From: a virus
DNA length: 64,000 bases
IMG/VR virus record: IMGVR_UViG_3300032323_003671
Coordinates: 9,263 to 73,262 of that record
Strand: one strand, 5' to 3'
Of the stretch, positions 18,280-27,983 are shown one piece after another. Numbering within the stretch: the first letter of the stretch is position 1; each line of letters begins with the position of its first letter. Both the position numbers and the translations under genes were made by a program. The notes below the pieces were generated by a model that saw only the letters and a list, made by a program, of their open reading frames with translations, ran no database searches and was not told where the DNA came from.

Positions 18280-20811
18280 ATGGAATATAAATTGAAATTT
18301 GAAAATGGTCGCAGTTGTGAAATTTACTGTGAATCAGATGGCAAACCTTTGCAAGATAAAATAAATGCTGCCGAAGAAAGATTTGGTAGTAAAGTAAAAA
18401 CCATCAATGGCAAAGAAGTAACTGAACATGGTCTTGGTGGATTCTTAGTTGGTGCGATTATCGGTGGTTTAGCTGGTAATTCTGTATCCAAACAAGGCGT
18501 TAAAAAGACTATTAAATCAGTAGGTACAGAAGCCAAAAAAGTTGTCAAGAAAACAACAACAATTGCAAAAAAAGCAGTTGATGCAGTAAAAAAAAAAGAA
18601 GCACCAAAAAGTAAAAAATCAAACTACGTTCCAAATAGACTAATTGATTCAATAGAAACAAAGTCAGGAAAAAAGATTGATAATAAGGATATTATCGATG
18701 GCGCACATACTAAAAAGAAAATTTTAGTTTCTAAAAAAAGAGTTGCATCAACTCCAAAAGATATCGATAAAGAAAAAGCACTTAAACTTCAAAGTGATTA
18801 TCTATCTGCTAGAGAAATTAAAGTAGTAAACACTACCTATGGTCGTAAAATCAAAGGATCTGAAATCATTGATGGTGCATACGTCAAAAAAGGTGTTTTT
18901 GCCGATGGTGGTTCAATAGAAGGGTTCAATTGGAAATCATTTACCATATCTGAGCTTATTGAAGTTCTACCAGAAGATGTTCAATTTCTTTATTTCCAAA
19001 GACCTGATAAAAAAGAGTACATTAATTATTCAGATGTATTGAAAGATAAATCATTATTGAATACTACATGGACTATTTCAGATTCTGGAGACATGAGTTT
19101 ATCAAAAGGTTCTGAAAACTTGTACTTGGACATTGTAGTTTATGATCAGGCTACACGATCAGAGCAAGAAAATAAAATATCAATTTACACAAAAGATAAT
19201 CATTCAGGATTGAAGAAGTTTGCATCTTCTTTAATTGAGAAATTCAAATCAGGCGGTAAAACAAAAGATAAATATGAAGGAGATATTGTAGAAATACGTC
19301 CTGCTTCTAAAAAATCAAACAAATTCATTATTTGGTCAGTTAAAAATGATATGATTTGGGCTAATGAAAAATTTGATTCAGTTTCTGAAGCCAAAGAATT
19401 TATTGAGCAAAACAAATTAGTTCTAAAAGACTCTTCAATCTTTGAAGGCGGAGGCAAAACCGACTATCGCTATGAATACATGTTATTAGATCGTTTACGT
19501 CAAGACAATGATTACTTCCTAGGTTTCGGTGCTAGAAATCCAAATAGATTGTGGGCAGGTAATGTAGACGAACAAATAGCCGAAATGAAAAAATTGTATA
19601 ATAGTCTGCCTGAAAAGCCTGAATGGATTACCATGGAGGATATCGAAGAATATGAACGCAAAATGAAAACCGAAGAAATGGCTAAAGGTGGTGTGATTGG
19701 CGACAGTGGTACAATTACTGACACCAAAAGCATGTATCAAGGAAAGATGGGATTCATTGAGATGGACATGGGCAACGAATGGATTGTTAAAGTTCTGGAT
19801 AATGGTAAAGAAAAAAGCGTAACAGTTCGTAAATCTGGATTTAAAATACTTGAAGACGAAGAGTTTGGTGATGGTGGCAAAACTTCTAAAGAATATAAAA
19901 TCTTTGAAGGATTTGATCATCTAAAAAAGAAAAATGTCTATCGAGTTATTGGTGTAGAAAACGATTATGTTGGTGAATGGCATAATACTCGTGAAGAAGC
20001 TCAATCTGAGATTGATTCAATGAGTCAAAAATTTGCATCAGGTGGGATTGTAGGCAAGGACGTTACATTTAACCACTGGTCTGGTGATATTCGAAAAGGT
20101 ATCATTACAGAGCAACTTGAAGATGGCCAATATGCAGTAAGTTCTGGTTATGGTTCAGTTTTAGTTAGTCCTGATGATATAATCTCAACAAGTGAAAGAG
20201 TTCCGCAAAAGAAATTCTTAGGAATTTTTGAAAAAGGCGGTATCGCAAATGATAAAAAAAAGTATGCTAAAGGTGGCAGCATAACATTTTCAGAAGATGA
20301 TCAAGAAGGATTTGATTATTGGATTGAAGATGGTAATGCAAGAAAAAATGCAGATGGTACTTATTCCACACAAGATGCTCAATATCGAAATAAATTAACT
20401 TTAGATGAGTTAAAAAGATATTTTGTTAAAGAGTATTTGCCTGATAGCGATTATTTGAATCCAAGAGTTGAATCAAATCTTTTGACTGATGAAGAAAATG
20501 ATACCTTAAATGAAGAATTAGAATCATTTGAAGACCTAATTGATTACAAGGATATAAATACCTTCAGTTCGGGAGGGAATATGAATCACACTATGATTTT
20601 GTTAGATAATGGTCATATTTTGACTATTAATTGGGATTCAAAAGATGTTCAGTATTCTTTAGAAACATATCCTTCTATTGAGCAATATGCTTTTTCAGAA
20701 GATGGAGAATCAGGTTGGGATAATGAGTACTACACAGAAAACTCTGAATCTAGAATGAGTAACTTAAATGATGAAAGTTTATATTCATTTCTTTACAGAT
20801 TGGTTGATTAA
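18280..20811 (+). CDS. modular protein with LPD11-like domain, glycine zipper and SH3-like modules
   Basis: YMLLDRLRQDNDYFLG..LWAGNVDEQI.EMK.LY..LPEKPEWIT is LPD11-like; about nine [FMY]xxGG linkers. Confidence 0.7.
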   Translation: MEYKLKFENGRSCEIYCESDGKPLQDKINAAEERFGSKVKTINGKEVTEHGLGGFLVGAIIGGLAGNSVSKQGVKKTIKSVGTEAKKVVKKTTTIAKKAVDAVKKKEAPKSKKSNYVPNRLIDSIETKSGKKIDNKDIIDGAHTKKKILVSKKRVASTPKDIDKEKALKLQSDYLSAREIKVVNTTYGRKIKGSEIIDGAYVKKGVFADGGSIEGFNWKSFTISELIEVLPEDVQFLYFQRPDKKEYINYSDVLKDKSLLNTTWTISDSGDMSLSKGSENLYLDIVVYDQATRSEQENKISIYTKDNHSGLKKFASSLIEKFKSGGKTKDKYEGDIVEIRPASKKSNKFIIWSVKNDMIWANEKFDSVSEAKEFIEQNKLVLKDSSIFEGGGKTDYRYEYMLLDRLRQDNDYFLGFGARNPNRLWAGNVDEQIAEMKKLYNSLPEKPEWITMEDIEEYERKMKTEEMAKGGVIGDSGTITDTKSMYQGKMGFIEMDMGNEWIVKVLDNGKEKSVTVRKSGFKILEDEEFGDGGKTSKEYKIFEGFDHLKKKNVYRVIGVENDYVGEWHNTREEAQSEIDSMSQKFASGGIVGKDVTFNHWSGDIRKGIITEQLEDGQYAVSSGYGSVLVSPDDIISTSERVPQKKFLGIFEKGGIANDKKKYAKGGSITFSEDDQEGFDYWIEDGNARKNADGTYSTQDAQYRNKLTLDELKRYFVKEYLPDSDYLNPRVESNLLTDEENDTLNEELESFEDLIDYKDINTFSSGGNMNHTMILLDNGHILTINWDSKDVQYSLETYPSIEQYAFSEDGESGWDNEYYTENSESRMSNLNDESLYSFLYRLVD

Positions 20812-20820
20812 AAGCAAATT

Positions 20821-21585
20821 ATGAAAAAAGAAACTATTGTAAGAAACACAATGCGTGAATTCAAGGAAGGGAAATTGCGTTCATCAAGTGGAGAAAAAGT
20901 TACTAGTCGCAAACAGGCGATTGCTATTGCTTTAAGTAAATCAGGTCAGTCCAAATTTGCTGCAGGTGGTATGGTAGGTCAAAACTTAGTTTTTGATCGT
21001 TGGGATGAAAAGTTAGAAGGCCGAATTATTGAAATAACTGATTCAGGTGATTATATCGTTTCTTCTGGATCGAGAACTATTCTTGTTAGTCCTGATGATA
21101 TCATTTCTTATGGAGACATGAAGCCTAAAAAAAGATTTTCTTTTTTCAAGGATGGTGGCACTACAAGTTCAGAGACGATTCTTTGGGCGGTAAAAGTAGG
21201 AGAACCTGATTGGAAAGAAGTTCTGATTACAAATAATCCAGATAAAATTGATGAAGCTCGAAAATGGGCTTCAGAAAATGGATTTGATAGATTTAGAGTT
21301 GCTTCTGTGGATATGTCAAGTCGTCCAGACTTTACCAAAACTTTTAAAGATGGAGGTGATGTAATGAAATACGATTGGGCTTCAATGTGGAAAAAACCAT
21401 CTAAGTCTAGTAGAGTTATGATTGGTGATGTTGTTTTTCAAAAACATTCAGACCAACCTTACAAAATCATTGAATTACTTGATGATCAATACACAGTTGC
21501 GAAAATCGTTAATAATGAAGAAACCGAATGGAAAACCTTCAATAAGGATTTTTATGAGCATCGTATGTTTGAAAAACGTAATTAA
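20821..21585 (+). CDS. modular protein, N-terminal DUF6496-like domain
   Basis: MREFKEGKLRSSSGEKVTSRKQAIAIALS; FAAGG/FKDGG/FKDGG linkers. Confidence 0.7.
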   Translation: MKKETIVRNTMREFKEGKLRSSSGEKVTSRKQAIAIALSKSGQSKFAAGGMVGQNLVFDRWDEKLEGRIIEITDSGDYIVSSGSRTILVSPDDIISYGDMKPKKRFSFFKDGGTTSSETILWAVKVGEPDWKEVLITNNPDKIDEARKWASENGFDRFRVASVDMSSRPDFTKTFKDGGDVMKYDWASMWKKPSKSSRVMIGDVVFQKHSDQPYKIIELLDDQYTVAKIVNNEETEWKTFNKDFYEHRMFEKRN

Positions 21586-21595
21586 TATTTAGGCT

Positions 21596-22303
21596 ATGCT
21601 ATTTTCAAGAAGCAATTTAAAAACTTTCTTTGATTCGGTATTAACTGGTGAAAGCAAGACTTATGATGATCACAATTGGTACACTTCTTCAGGATTAAGA
21701 TCATATATTAGAGGAGTCAATCAGAATCGCAACTCTGCATTAAGTAAGGATTTATCTGATACCACTATTGCCGATGTCATGAAATTCCAAAAGAACCAAC
21801 GTTCTAGCACTTCTGGCCAACTTTGGGCTACTGGAAGGTATCAGATTATTCCGACAACCTTAAAAGGCCTTGTGGATAACTATAAAATAAATCCAAATCA
21901 AAAGTATAGTGAAGCGGTTCAGGATGAACTTGGCGAAAAACTTTTACTTGGCAGAAGTAATCTTAGGAAGTACTTAAAGAAAGAAGTTCCTGATACCAAA
22001 GAAAATCGTGAGAAAGCAGCATTGGATATGGCAAAAATATGGAGTTCTATCGGAGTTCCATACGATATGCAAGGTTCAAGAAAAGCTATTAAGAAAAACC
22101 AAAGTTATTATTCTGGAGGTGGTGATACTGCATCTGTAAAAACCGAAACAGTTCAAGCAGCATTGCAAAAATTACGAAACTCAGATAATACAACACAAGA
22201 AAGTCCAAAACCAAATAATAATGGTAAAATTTTGGATAGTGTTTTCATTGCATTGTTTGTCATTGGATCTTACATTTTCTACAAAAAAATGACATCTATT
22301 TAA
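21596..22303 (+). CDS. lysozyme-fold muramidase/transglycosylase with C-terminal membrane anchor
   Basis: GES..Y, ATGRYQIIPTTL, QD motifs; hydrophobic C-terminus. Confidence 0.75.
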   Translation: MLFSRSNLKTFFDSVLTGESKTYDDHNWYTSSGLRSYIRGVNQNRNSALSKDLSDTTIADVMKFQKNQRSSTSGQLWATGRYQIIPTTLKGLVDNYKINPNQKYSEAVQDELGEKLLLGRSNLRKYLKKEVPDTKENREKAALDMAKIWSSIGVPYDMQGSRKAIKKNQSYYSGGGDTASVKTETVQAALQKLRNSDNTTQESPKPNNNGKILDSVFIALFVIGSYIFYKKMTSI

Positions 22304-22337
22304 ACTCTATTGTGTAGTTTGAATCATAGATATTGAT

Positions 22338-22345
22338 TATATTTG
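22338..22345 (+). promoter_or_regulatory. TAnnTTTG promoter element
   Basis: TATATTTG in the intergenic gap upstream of 22362. Confidence 0.6.
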
Positions 22346-22361
22346 AACAAAATAAATTTGT

Positions 22362-22934
22362 ATGAAATTAGGTATTGAAAAATTAATCGAGGAGCAAAAA
22401 CTTGATTTGGAAAATTTACCAGCTGATATTCAAAAGCTGATTACCGATATTAAAAAATCGAAAAGTTCTATTGAATATAGAATTTCAATTGGTCAAAATA
22501 TCAATCCAAAAACGATTGAAAGTCTCAAAGAAAGAGACCAGGAATTGATTGAAAAACTATATGATCATTTAGATATTTCCTCAGACGATGATTCGCAAGA
22601 AGAAGAGGAGGAAGAAGATGATGATGATTCAACCGAAGGTGGCGAGGAAGAAGATGATGATTCACAAGAAGATGAAGAAGACGAAAACCAAGAAGAAAAC
22701 ATGGTAGATTTAAGTAAATACGATGCAAACAAAATAGATTCAGAGTTATCTAGTCTGATTGATCAAGGAATCACAGAAATTAACTTTATGGACATTCGTT
22801 CTGCATGTCCGCATGCTTATGAACTTTTGTTTGAAGCGTATGAAGCCAACAAAGAAAACGGAGTTCGTACAACCTTCTATGAAATGATAGAAACGCAACC
22901 AAATTCAGAAACATTTAAAATCACAAAATTATGA
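22362..22934 (+). CDS. protein with long acidic tract
   Basis: About 40-aa Asp/Glu run. Confidence 0.7.
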   Translation: MKLGIEKLIEEQKLDLENLPADIQKLITDIKKSKSSIEYRISIGQNINPKTIESLKERDQELIEKLYDHLDISSDDDSQEEEEEEDDDDSTEGGEEEDDDSQEDEEDENQEENMVDLSKYDANKIDSELSSLIDQGITEINFMDIRSACPHAYELLFEAYEANKENGVRTTFYEMIETQPNSETFKITKL

Positions 22935-23122
22935 TTGCAACTTTAAGTTCAAGCATGCCTGCAGCACCAACTTCAACAACAGGAGGCGGTGGCGATAAAA
23001 CACTTTTAATTGCGGGTATAATCCTTGGTAGCTTTTTATTGTATAAATTTGTTATCAAGCCAGAAATGGATAGACAAAAAGCATTAAAATATGAAAATAG
23101 CAATGGTGGGGGGCTTGAATAA
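22931..23122 (+). CDS. small membrane protein
   Basis: Single TM helix LLIAGIILGSFLLY. Confidence 0.6.
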   Translation: MIATLSSSMPAAPTSTTGGGGDKTLLIAGIILGSFLLYKFVIKPEMDRQKALKYENSNGGGLE

Positions 23123-23303
23123 AGCTCAAACAATAGGATTAATCACAGCAGTAGGTGTATCTTTGGCAGGTATTATTGCGGTAATTGAGTATGTGAATTC
23201 AAGAAAACACAGAGAATTACAACGTAAGAATGCTGAATTGGAAAATCAAATTAAGCAGTTACAACTTTTGAAGTTGTCAAGCGATTTATCTGGGGAAGTA
23301 TAA
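23091..23303 (+). CDS. small membrane protein with coiled coil
   Basis: TM helix followed by heptad repeat. Confidence 0.6.
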   Translation: MKIAMVGGLNKAQTIGLITAVGVSLAGIIAVIEYVNSRKHRELQRKNAELENQIKQLQLLKLSSDLSGEV

Positions 23304-23569
23304 TCCAAAGCTAAATCCAATAGATAAGCTGTAGTGTACCAACGATCACTTTTCTTATTTGAAACTATATAAAATTGGGCGATTAATTTATCACCTATTT
23401 TGTAGTTTTTAAATATGTTTTTGAAATATTGAGTTTTTGTTGATAGGCAAACATTTCTTTCATTTGTCAATCCAACTTTCAAAACTATATTACAAAAGTC
23501 TTCGGCCTGATTAATTTCTATCAGTTCACCTTTTACCTTATTGAAATGTACTTGGTCGTTTTTTATCAT
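23246..23569 (-). CDS. DUF3127-like OB-fold (ssDNA-binding-like) protein
   Basis: KGELIEI...KIGDKL...F.I.S......RWYT pattern; lone antisense gene. Confidence 0.5.
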   Translation of the reverse strand: MIKNDQVHFNKVKGELIEINQAEDFCNIVLKVGLTNERNVCLSTKTQYFKNIFKNYKIGDKLIAQFYIVSNKKSDRWYTTAYLLDLALDYTSPDKSLDNFKSCNCLI

Positions 23570-23606
23570 ATCTGGAGATAAAGATAATCATTTCAATCAT
23601 AATTAG

Positions 23607-23614
23607 TATATTTG
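23607..23614 (+). promoter_or_regulatory. TAnnTTTG promoter element
   Basis: TATATTTG upstream of 23652. Confidence 0.6.
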
Positions 23615-23651
23615 TTCAAAACAGCACAATTAAAATATAGAGAAGTGAACA

Positions 23652-24083
23652 ATGGAGAATGAAATTCATAAATCAGTATCTTCATTATTGAAAAACATTT
23701 CAGATGGCCTTTCAATGATGTCAATAGACGAATTAAGCAAAGCTATTTCTGATCTTGTTATCAAGAAAAAGTCAAATGTTGGGGATTTAGATAAATTGTA
23801 TAACATAGTATGTGTTGAGTATGATGTATCTAAAAAATCCTTAAACGAAAAATACTCTAGGGGTAATATTTACTTCGCTAAGATTACTCTTTGGACGATT
23901 ATGAATAAACACCTGGGCATTTCAAAAAGAAAGATTGCATCGATGTTTGAAACTTATCCTAATGCAGTCAATGTAGCGATTTCGTATTTCGAAAAATTGA
24001 ATCCCCAAAAATTCAAAGCGGATGATAAGTTTCTTTCAAAATATCAGGTGTGCTTAAACGAATTTTATCAACAAATTAACTAA
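23652..24083 (+). CDS. second DnaA domain IV-like HTH protein
   Basis: IVCVEYDVSKKSL...SR.NI..AK......M.KHLG.S...IA..F pattern. Confidence 0.55.
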   Translation: MENEIHKSVSSLLKNISDGLSMMSIDELSKAISDLVIKKKSNVGDLDKLYNIVCVEYDVSKKSLNEKYSRGNIYFAKITLWTIMNKHLGISKRKIASMFETYPNAVNVAISYFEKLNPQKFKADDKFLSKYQVCLNEFYQQIN

Positions 24084-24085
24084 GG

Positions 24086-25252
24086 ATGGCAAATAAGTAT
24101 TACAAGAAAAGAGGCAATTTAAATTGGAAAGAGCGTAAATTAATTGGCGATATTGAAGAGGCAATTGAAAAGAATCCAAATCTAGCCGATATTGAACCAG
24201 CAACGACTTTTGATGAATTGGAAAAATTGCATGTGAAGGTTACAGCACCTGATGCAAATTTTGAAGAAGTGAAACCTGATACTGAGACTTTGCCAAAAGA
24301 TTCAGGTGAGAAAAAGCCCCAGTCAAATCCTTTTATTGATCCTTTGAATCGTGAAGAACCGAATGTTCGTGATTACGTTCTTGAAGATCAATTTGACCCT
24401 TTTGCCGACCATAATAGTGCAACAAAAAGTACAAGTACTTTTTCTGAACCTACTGATTATGATTCTGCCTTTGGTATTCCAGATGAAGAAGAACTTCGTA
24501 AGCAAGCCAAAGAATCGCAACAACGTCCAGGACAAGCGCAAACACAACAACGTCCACAACCAAGTAATAATCCCCAACCTTCGCAGGATTCAGCTCGTGA
24601 TACTCGAAAGTCAAAACGATTTGCAAAGACAGTAGTAAATACTGTTTGTAATTTGTTTGAAGTTGGTTTTGTTTGGTATGCCACAAAAGATATTTCAGAA
24701 CAGCGATTGACTGAATATGAAATGTCAGGTGAAATGGACTTATCGGTATTGGTTGAATTACCTGATGGTAGTGAAGCTACGGTAAAACAATTCTTTTTAA
24801 ATCAATTAGGTGATATTCAAGCAGCATCAAAAATTGATAAAGAAAAGCGTGATATGCTTGTTGATTCCTTGACTGAGTTATTCATTGAGAAAAATATTCA
24901 GCCAAGTAATACGGTAAACTTTGCAATTGATGCAGTTACTGTTGGTGCAGAGCAAATAATGAAATTGGTGATGATTAGTTCACAAAACAATGCTATCCTC
25001 AATCAACTACGTGAGAGAAATGCAATGATGAAAGAGCAAGGCATGCCTACTCCACCACCTGCGCCAACTCCACCGCCAGCACCTACGCCAACTCCTACTT
25101 CTACGCCAACACCTGCGCCAGAGCCAACTCAATTTGTTCAGACAATGCCATTGACAAATGAAGCAATGCCTATTGAATTTTCTGATCAAGCATTGAGCAA
25201 TGAAATGTCTATGGACTTATCTTTGTTAGATTCAATTGAAACTTCAGAATAA
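24086..25252 (+). CDS. hypothetical protein with Gln- and Pro/Thr-rich linkers, adjacent to packaging ATPase
   Basis: 388-aa ORF, PTPPPAPTP repeats. Confidence 0.7.
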   Translation: MANKYYKKRGNLNWKERKLIGDIEEAIEKNPNLADIEPATTFDELEKLHVKVTAPDANFEEVKPDTETLPKDSGEKKPQSNPFIDPLNREEPNVRDYVLEDQFDPFADHNSATKSTSTFSEPTDYDSAFGIPDEEELRKQAKESQQRPGQAQTQQRPQPSNNPQPSQDSARDTRKSKRFAKTVVNTVCNLFEVGFVWYATKDISEQRLTEYEMSGEMDLSVLVELPDGSEATVKQFFLNQLGDIQAASKIDKEKRDMLVDSLTELFIEKNIQPSNTVNFAIDAVTVGAEQIMKLVMISSQNNAILNQLRERNAMMKEQGMPTPPPAPTPPPAPTPTPTSTPTPAPEPTQFVQTMPLTNEAMPIEFSDQALSNEMSMDLSLLDSIETSE

Positions 25253-25254
25253 TT

Positions 25255-26094
25255 ATGTCAGATTCAAATCTTAGAGAAGCAGGTATGATGGCCATTACTG
25301 GTATTCAAGGTGTCGGAAAGACATACTTGAACCAGCATATTATTTACGACTATGTTCGTGATAAAGTGGCTATTAAAGTACGTGGTAGAAAGTGTCTTAT
25401 TTTTGATACCAATGGTGAGTACACTAAAAGTCAATTTGAGAAAAATGGCATGCAAAACTTTGATGCCAAAATCATTGCCATAAAAGACGTTGGTCAATGG
25501 AGTAAGTCTCCAGGAATTGAATGCCGAAGAATTGATGCAAAAACTTTGCCGATCATGCAAAAGCGTGAGGCTATCGAGTATATCATGAGACATTTTAGAA
25601 ATGGCATGTTAGTACTAGAGGATGTCAACACATATATTCTCAATGTAACACACATGGAGAAAATTGTATCAGGTCTTGTATCTCTTCGACATAGGGCAGT
25701 TGACATTTTGATTTCATATCAGTCTTTGCGTGTAGTAGAGCCTCGTATTTGGCAAAATAGCCGATGGGTGCGCATGCATTACCAAGCGGATAATGTAAAT
25801 GATATCAAGGGTAAAGTAAATAACCCTACGATGTTTAAAATCGCTCAGTACGTTGTAAATAATCGTTATTTCGATGGTGATAAGCGTTTCTATGTTTACA
25901 TTCACAATTTTGCCAATAAGATCGAAGGTGATTTTACTTTGGATGAATTCAAAAAAGCATGCGCTCAATATATCAATGCCAACAAGAAGTATTTGAAAGA
26001 ATATAAAGAAATGAGTAATTGTTCAGATGCCGAAGCTATTGAAGGATTAACAAACCAATATATTTCTCAGTATTATGGAAATGACAATCAATAA
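25255..26094 (+). CDS. FtsK/HerA/A32-like genome packaging ATPase
   Basis: Walker A GIQGVGKT, Walker B MLVLED, then LRH..VDILISYQ (Arg finger and Gln sensor); 279 aa, no nuclease domain. Confidence 0.8.
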   Translation: MSDSNLREAGMMAITGIQGVGKTYLNQHIIYDYVRDKVAIKVRGRKCLIFDTNGEYTKSQFEKNGMQNFDAKIIAIKDVGQWSKSPGIECRRIDAKTLPIMQKREAIEYIMRHFRNGMLVLEDVNTYILNVTHMEKIVSGLVSLRHRAVDILISYQSLRVVEPRIWQNSRWVRMHYQADNVNDIKGKVNNPTMFKIAQYVVNNRYFDGDKRFYVYIHNFANKIEGDFTLDEFKKACAQYINANKKYLKEYKEMSNCSDAEAIEGLTNQYISQYYGNDNQ

Positions 26095-26305
26095 TTTCTT
26101 AGTTATCTGGTTATGTTTGAATGCTATTGCTATTCTATTAGGCATGCTTCGAACTGACTTTTGGAAAATCCAAAAAGACACTGAATTGATTTTTAAAAAT
26201 CATAGCTTTTTGTATAAAACATTTATCAGCATAACTTTATTTATGCTTTTGCCTTTTACTATCGGAGAAACCTTAATTAATATCAAAAATCGCTTAAAAA
26301 AATAA
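26075..26305 (+). CDS. two-TM membrane protein
   Basis: Two hydrophobic segments. Confidence 0.6.
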   Translation: MEMTINNFLVIWLCLNAIAILLGMLRTDFWKIQKDTELIFKNHSFLYKTFISITLFMLLPFTIGETLINIKNRLKK

Positions 26306-26307
26306 GT

Positions 26308-26787
26308 ATGAAACCAATGAAAATCGTAATGTCCAAATTTCCTCACTTGTCAAACGTGAAGAATAATATCTCAACCATGCAACGTGAGATTGAACTTTTG
26401 AATAAAAGAAAACGTCTTTGGACAGCAGAACTTGCAAACAAAACTCCATACGAACAAAATGAAATGGAGCTTTTGATTTTGAGAACCGATCGTGAATTGT
26501 CAAGATTATTCAAAGGATTGAGTGATCAAGAAATTCACTTCAAAAACTACAAAGCAAATCTTGATGAAAATATCAAGAAACTGAATCTCAATTATGATGA
26601 GTTTGTTGATGAGTGCAAAAAATTAAAATCAACCAACGAAGAGGTTAAGAAAATTTTCGATGAGTTTACTCAATTTGATTTTAATGCAAACTGGGAGGCC
26701 AAGGTAATGTTCTATGCATCTTTGAAAAGGGCAACTGAACCTAAGGTTAAGCAAGATTCTGAAAAAGTATTAAGCGTAATGCCTTAA
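26308..26787 (+). CDS. coiled-coil hypothetical protein
   Basis: 159-aa helical ORF. Confidence 0.65.
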   Translation: MKPMKIVMSKFPHLSNVKNNISTMQREIELLNKRKRLWTAELANKTPYEQNEMELLILRTDRELSRLFKGLSDQEIHFKNYKANLDENIKKLNLNYDEFVDECKKLKSTNEEVKKIFDEFTQFDFNANWEAKVMFYASLKRATEPKVKQDSEKVLSVMP

Positions 26788-26801
26788 ATCTTGAAAATCA
26801 G

Positions 26802-27728
26802 ATGAATTTAACGTCAGTATTAGTTGTACTGAATGAAAAATTTTATGCTCTCGATGTCCTAGAAGATAACATTAAAACAGCTGGAACTAAAATCCAGCTG
26901 TTAGTTTATAATCATGGATTGCTGGATCCTGAAATGATTGAATCCATTAAGGCAATATCCTCGGAATACATTGAAGATTTCAGTCCAATTAAAAAAACAT
27001 TTTCTGAATGTTGTAATGCTTTGCTTCGAATAGCATCAGGTAAATATATATGTGTCTTCTACGATTATGGATATTTGAATGATGATTGGTTAAGCATGCT
27101 CATTGCAAGCCATAAAAACATAGGTAAAAGTGGCGTAGTTGCCATTAACAATTTGCGATGTCATGATGTTTCTTTCGAAATGAATTCAGAATTTGAATTA
27201 GAACCAGTTTATAGAAATGAAGAAAACTTAGTTTCTGGAATCATACTATTCAACAAAGAAGTCTTAATTACTATTGGTGGATTCAAGCCTGATTTGAATT
27301 TACATTATTCAGCATTTGATTTTTGCGATAGATTATCATTATCAGGATTCGTTAATTATTACGTACCTGGCACTTCAATAATAAAACATAGTGAATATGT
27401 TGATTCTTACGTTAGTGATACTTATCATTTCAAGAAAGCAAAAGTCCAAAACCAAAAACAATTATTTGTCAAGATTTATCATATTGAAGAGAATGATCAA
27501 AAATTCATAGATGATATTAATAAACACCTTGACATTCCTATTTACTATAGTGATAAATTTGGATCGGTAATATTTATTACAGATACGCTAAATCCCTTGC
27601 AGCTTCAAATTATCAATGTTTATTTAATTAAACACAATAAACAGTTGGAGTTGAAAAGCATCAGCTATTTTGATGAATTTCTCCTTAAAAATTCTATTTT
27701 AGGTATTATAGTACCAAACAATATTTAG
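26802..27728 (+). CDS. GT2/GT-A-like glycosyltransferase (divergent)
   Basis: N...ASGKYICVF.D......WL, IGGF...D...RL...GF patterns. Confidence 0.6.
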   Translation: MNLTSVLVVLNEKFYALDVLEDNIKTAGTKIQLLVYNHGLLDPEMIESIKAISSEYIEDFSPIKKTFSECCNALLRIASGKYICVFYDYGYLNDDWLSMLIASHKNIGKSGVVAINNLRCHDVSFEMNSEFELEPVYRNEENLVSGIILFNKEVLITIGGFKPDLNLHYSAFDFCDRLSLSGFVNYYVPGTSIIKHSEYVDSYVSDTYHFKKAKVQNQKQLFVKIYHIEENDQKFIDDINKHLDIPIYYSDKFGSVIFITDTLNPLQLQIINVYLIKHNKQLELKSISYFDEFLLKNSILGIIVPNNI

Positions 27729-27745
27729 TATTTGTTCATAATTGA

Positions 27746-27786
27746 TGCCTTGTATCCTTTACCAATAAGGGATACAGGGCATTTTT
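27746..27786 (+). terminator. intrinsic terminator
   Basis: TGCCTTGTATCCTT / AGGGATACAGGGCA hairpin plus T-run. Confidence 0.75.
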
Positions 27787-27833
27787 GCGTTATTTGAACA
27801 ATAAGTTAACAAGTGTAGTACTTAATCATTTTC

Positions 27834-27841
27834 TAAATTTG
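27834..27841 (+). promoter_or_regulatory. promoter element of the capsid operon
   Basis: TAAATTTG just after the terminator. Confidence 0.55.
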
Positions 27842-27878
27842 AATGATTAGTTCTTATTAATAACTTAAAAATCGAAAA

Positions 27879-27983
27879 ATGAAAAAACCAACTTTAAACG
27901 CAACAGACTTTGTAGTAATCTTAGGATTATTCATGGTAGGTTTGGCTGTTCACCAGAAAGTGGTAGCACCTCGCCTCAAATAA
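27879..27983 (+). CDS. 34-aa membrane peptide (not in ORF track)
   Basis: MKKPTLNATDFVVILGLFMVGLAVHQKVVAPRLK; leader AAAATCGAAAAATG like those of 38017 and 43919. Confidence 0.65.
   Translation: MKKPTLNATDFVVILGLFMVGLAVHQKVVAPRLK

Noticed and set aside
25255-26094. Terminase large subunit or conjugative coupling protein
   Set aside because: Too short, no RNase H-like nuclease domain or TM anchor; no relaxase or T4SS genes recognised
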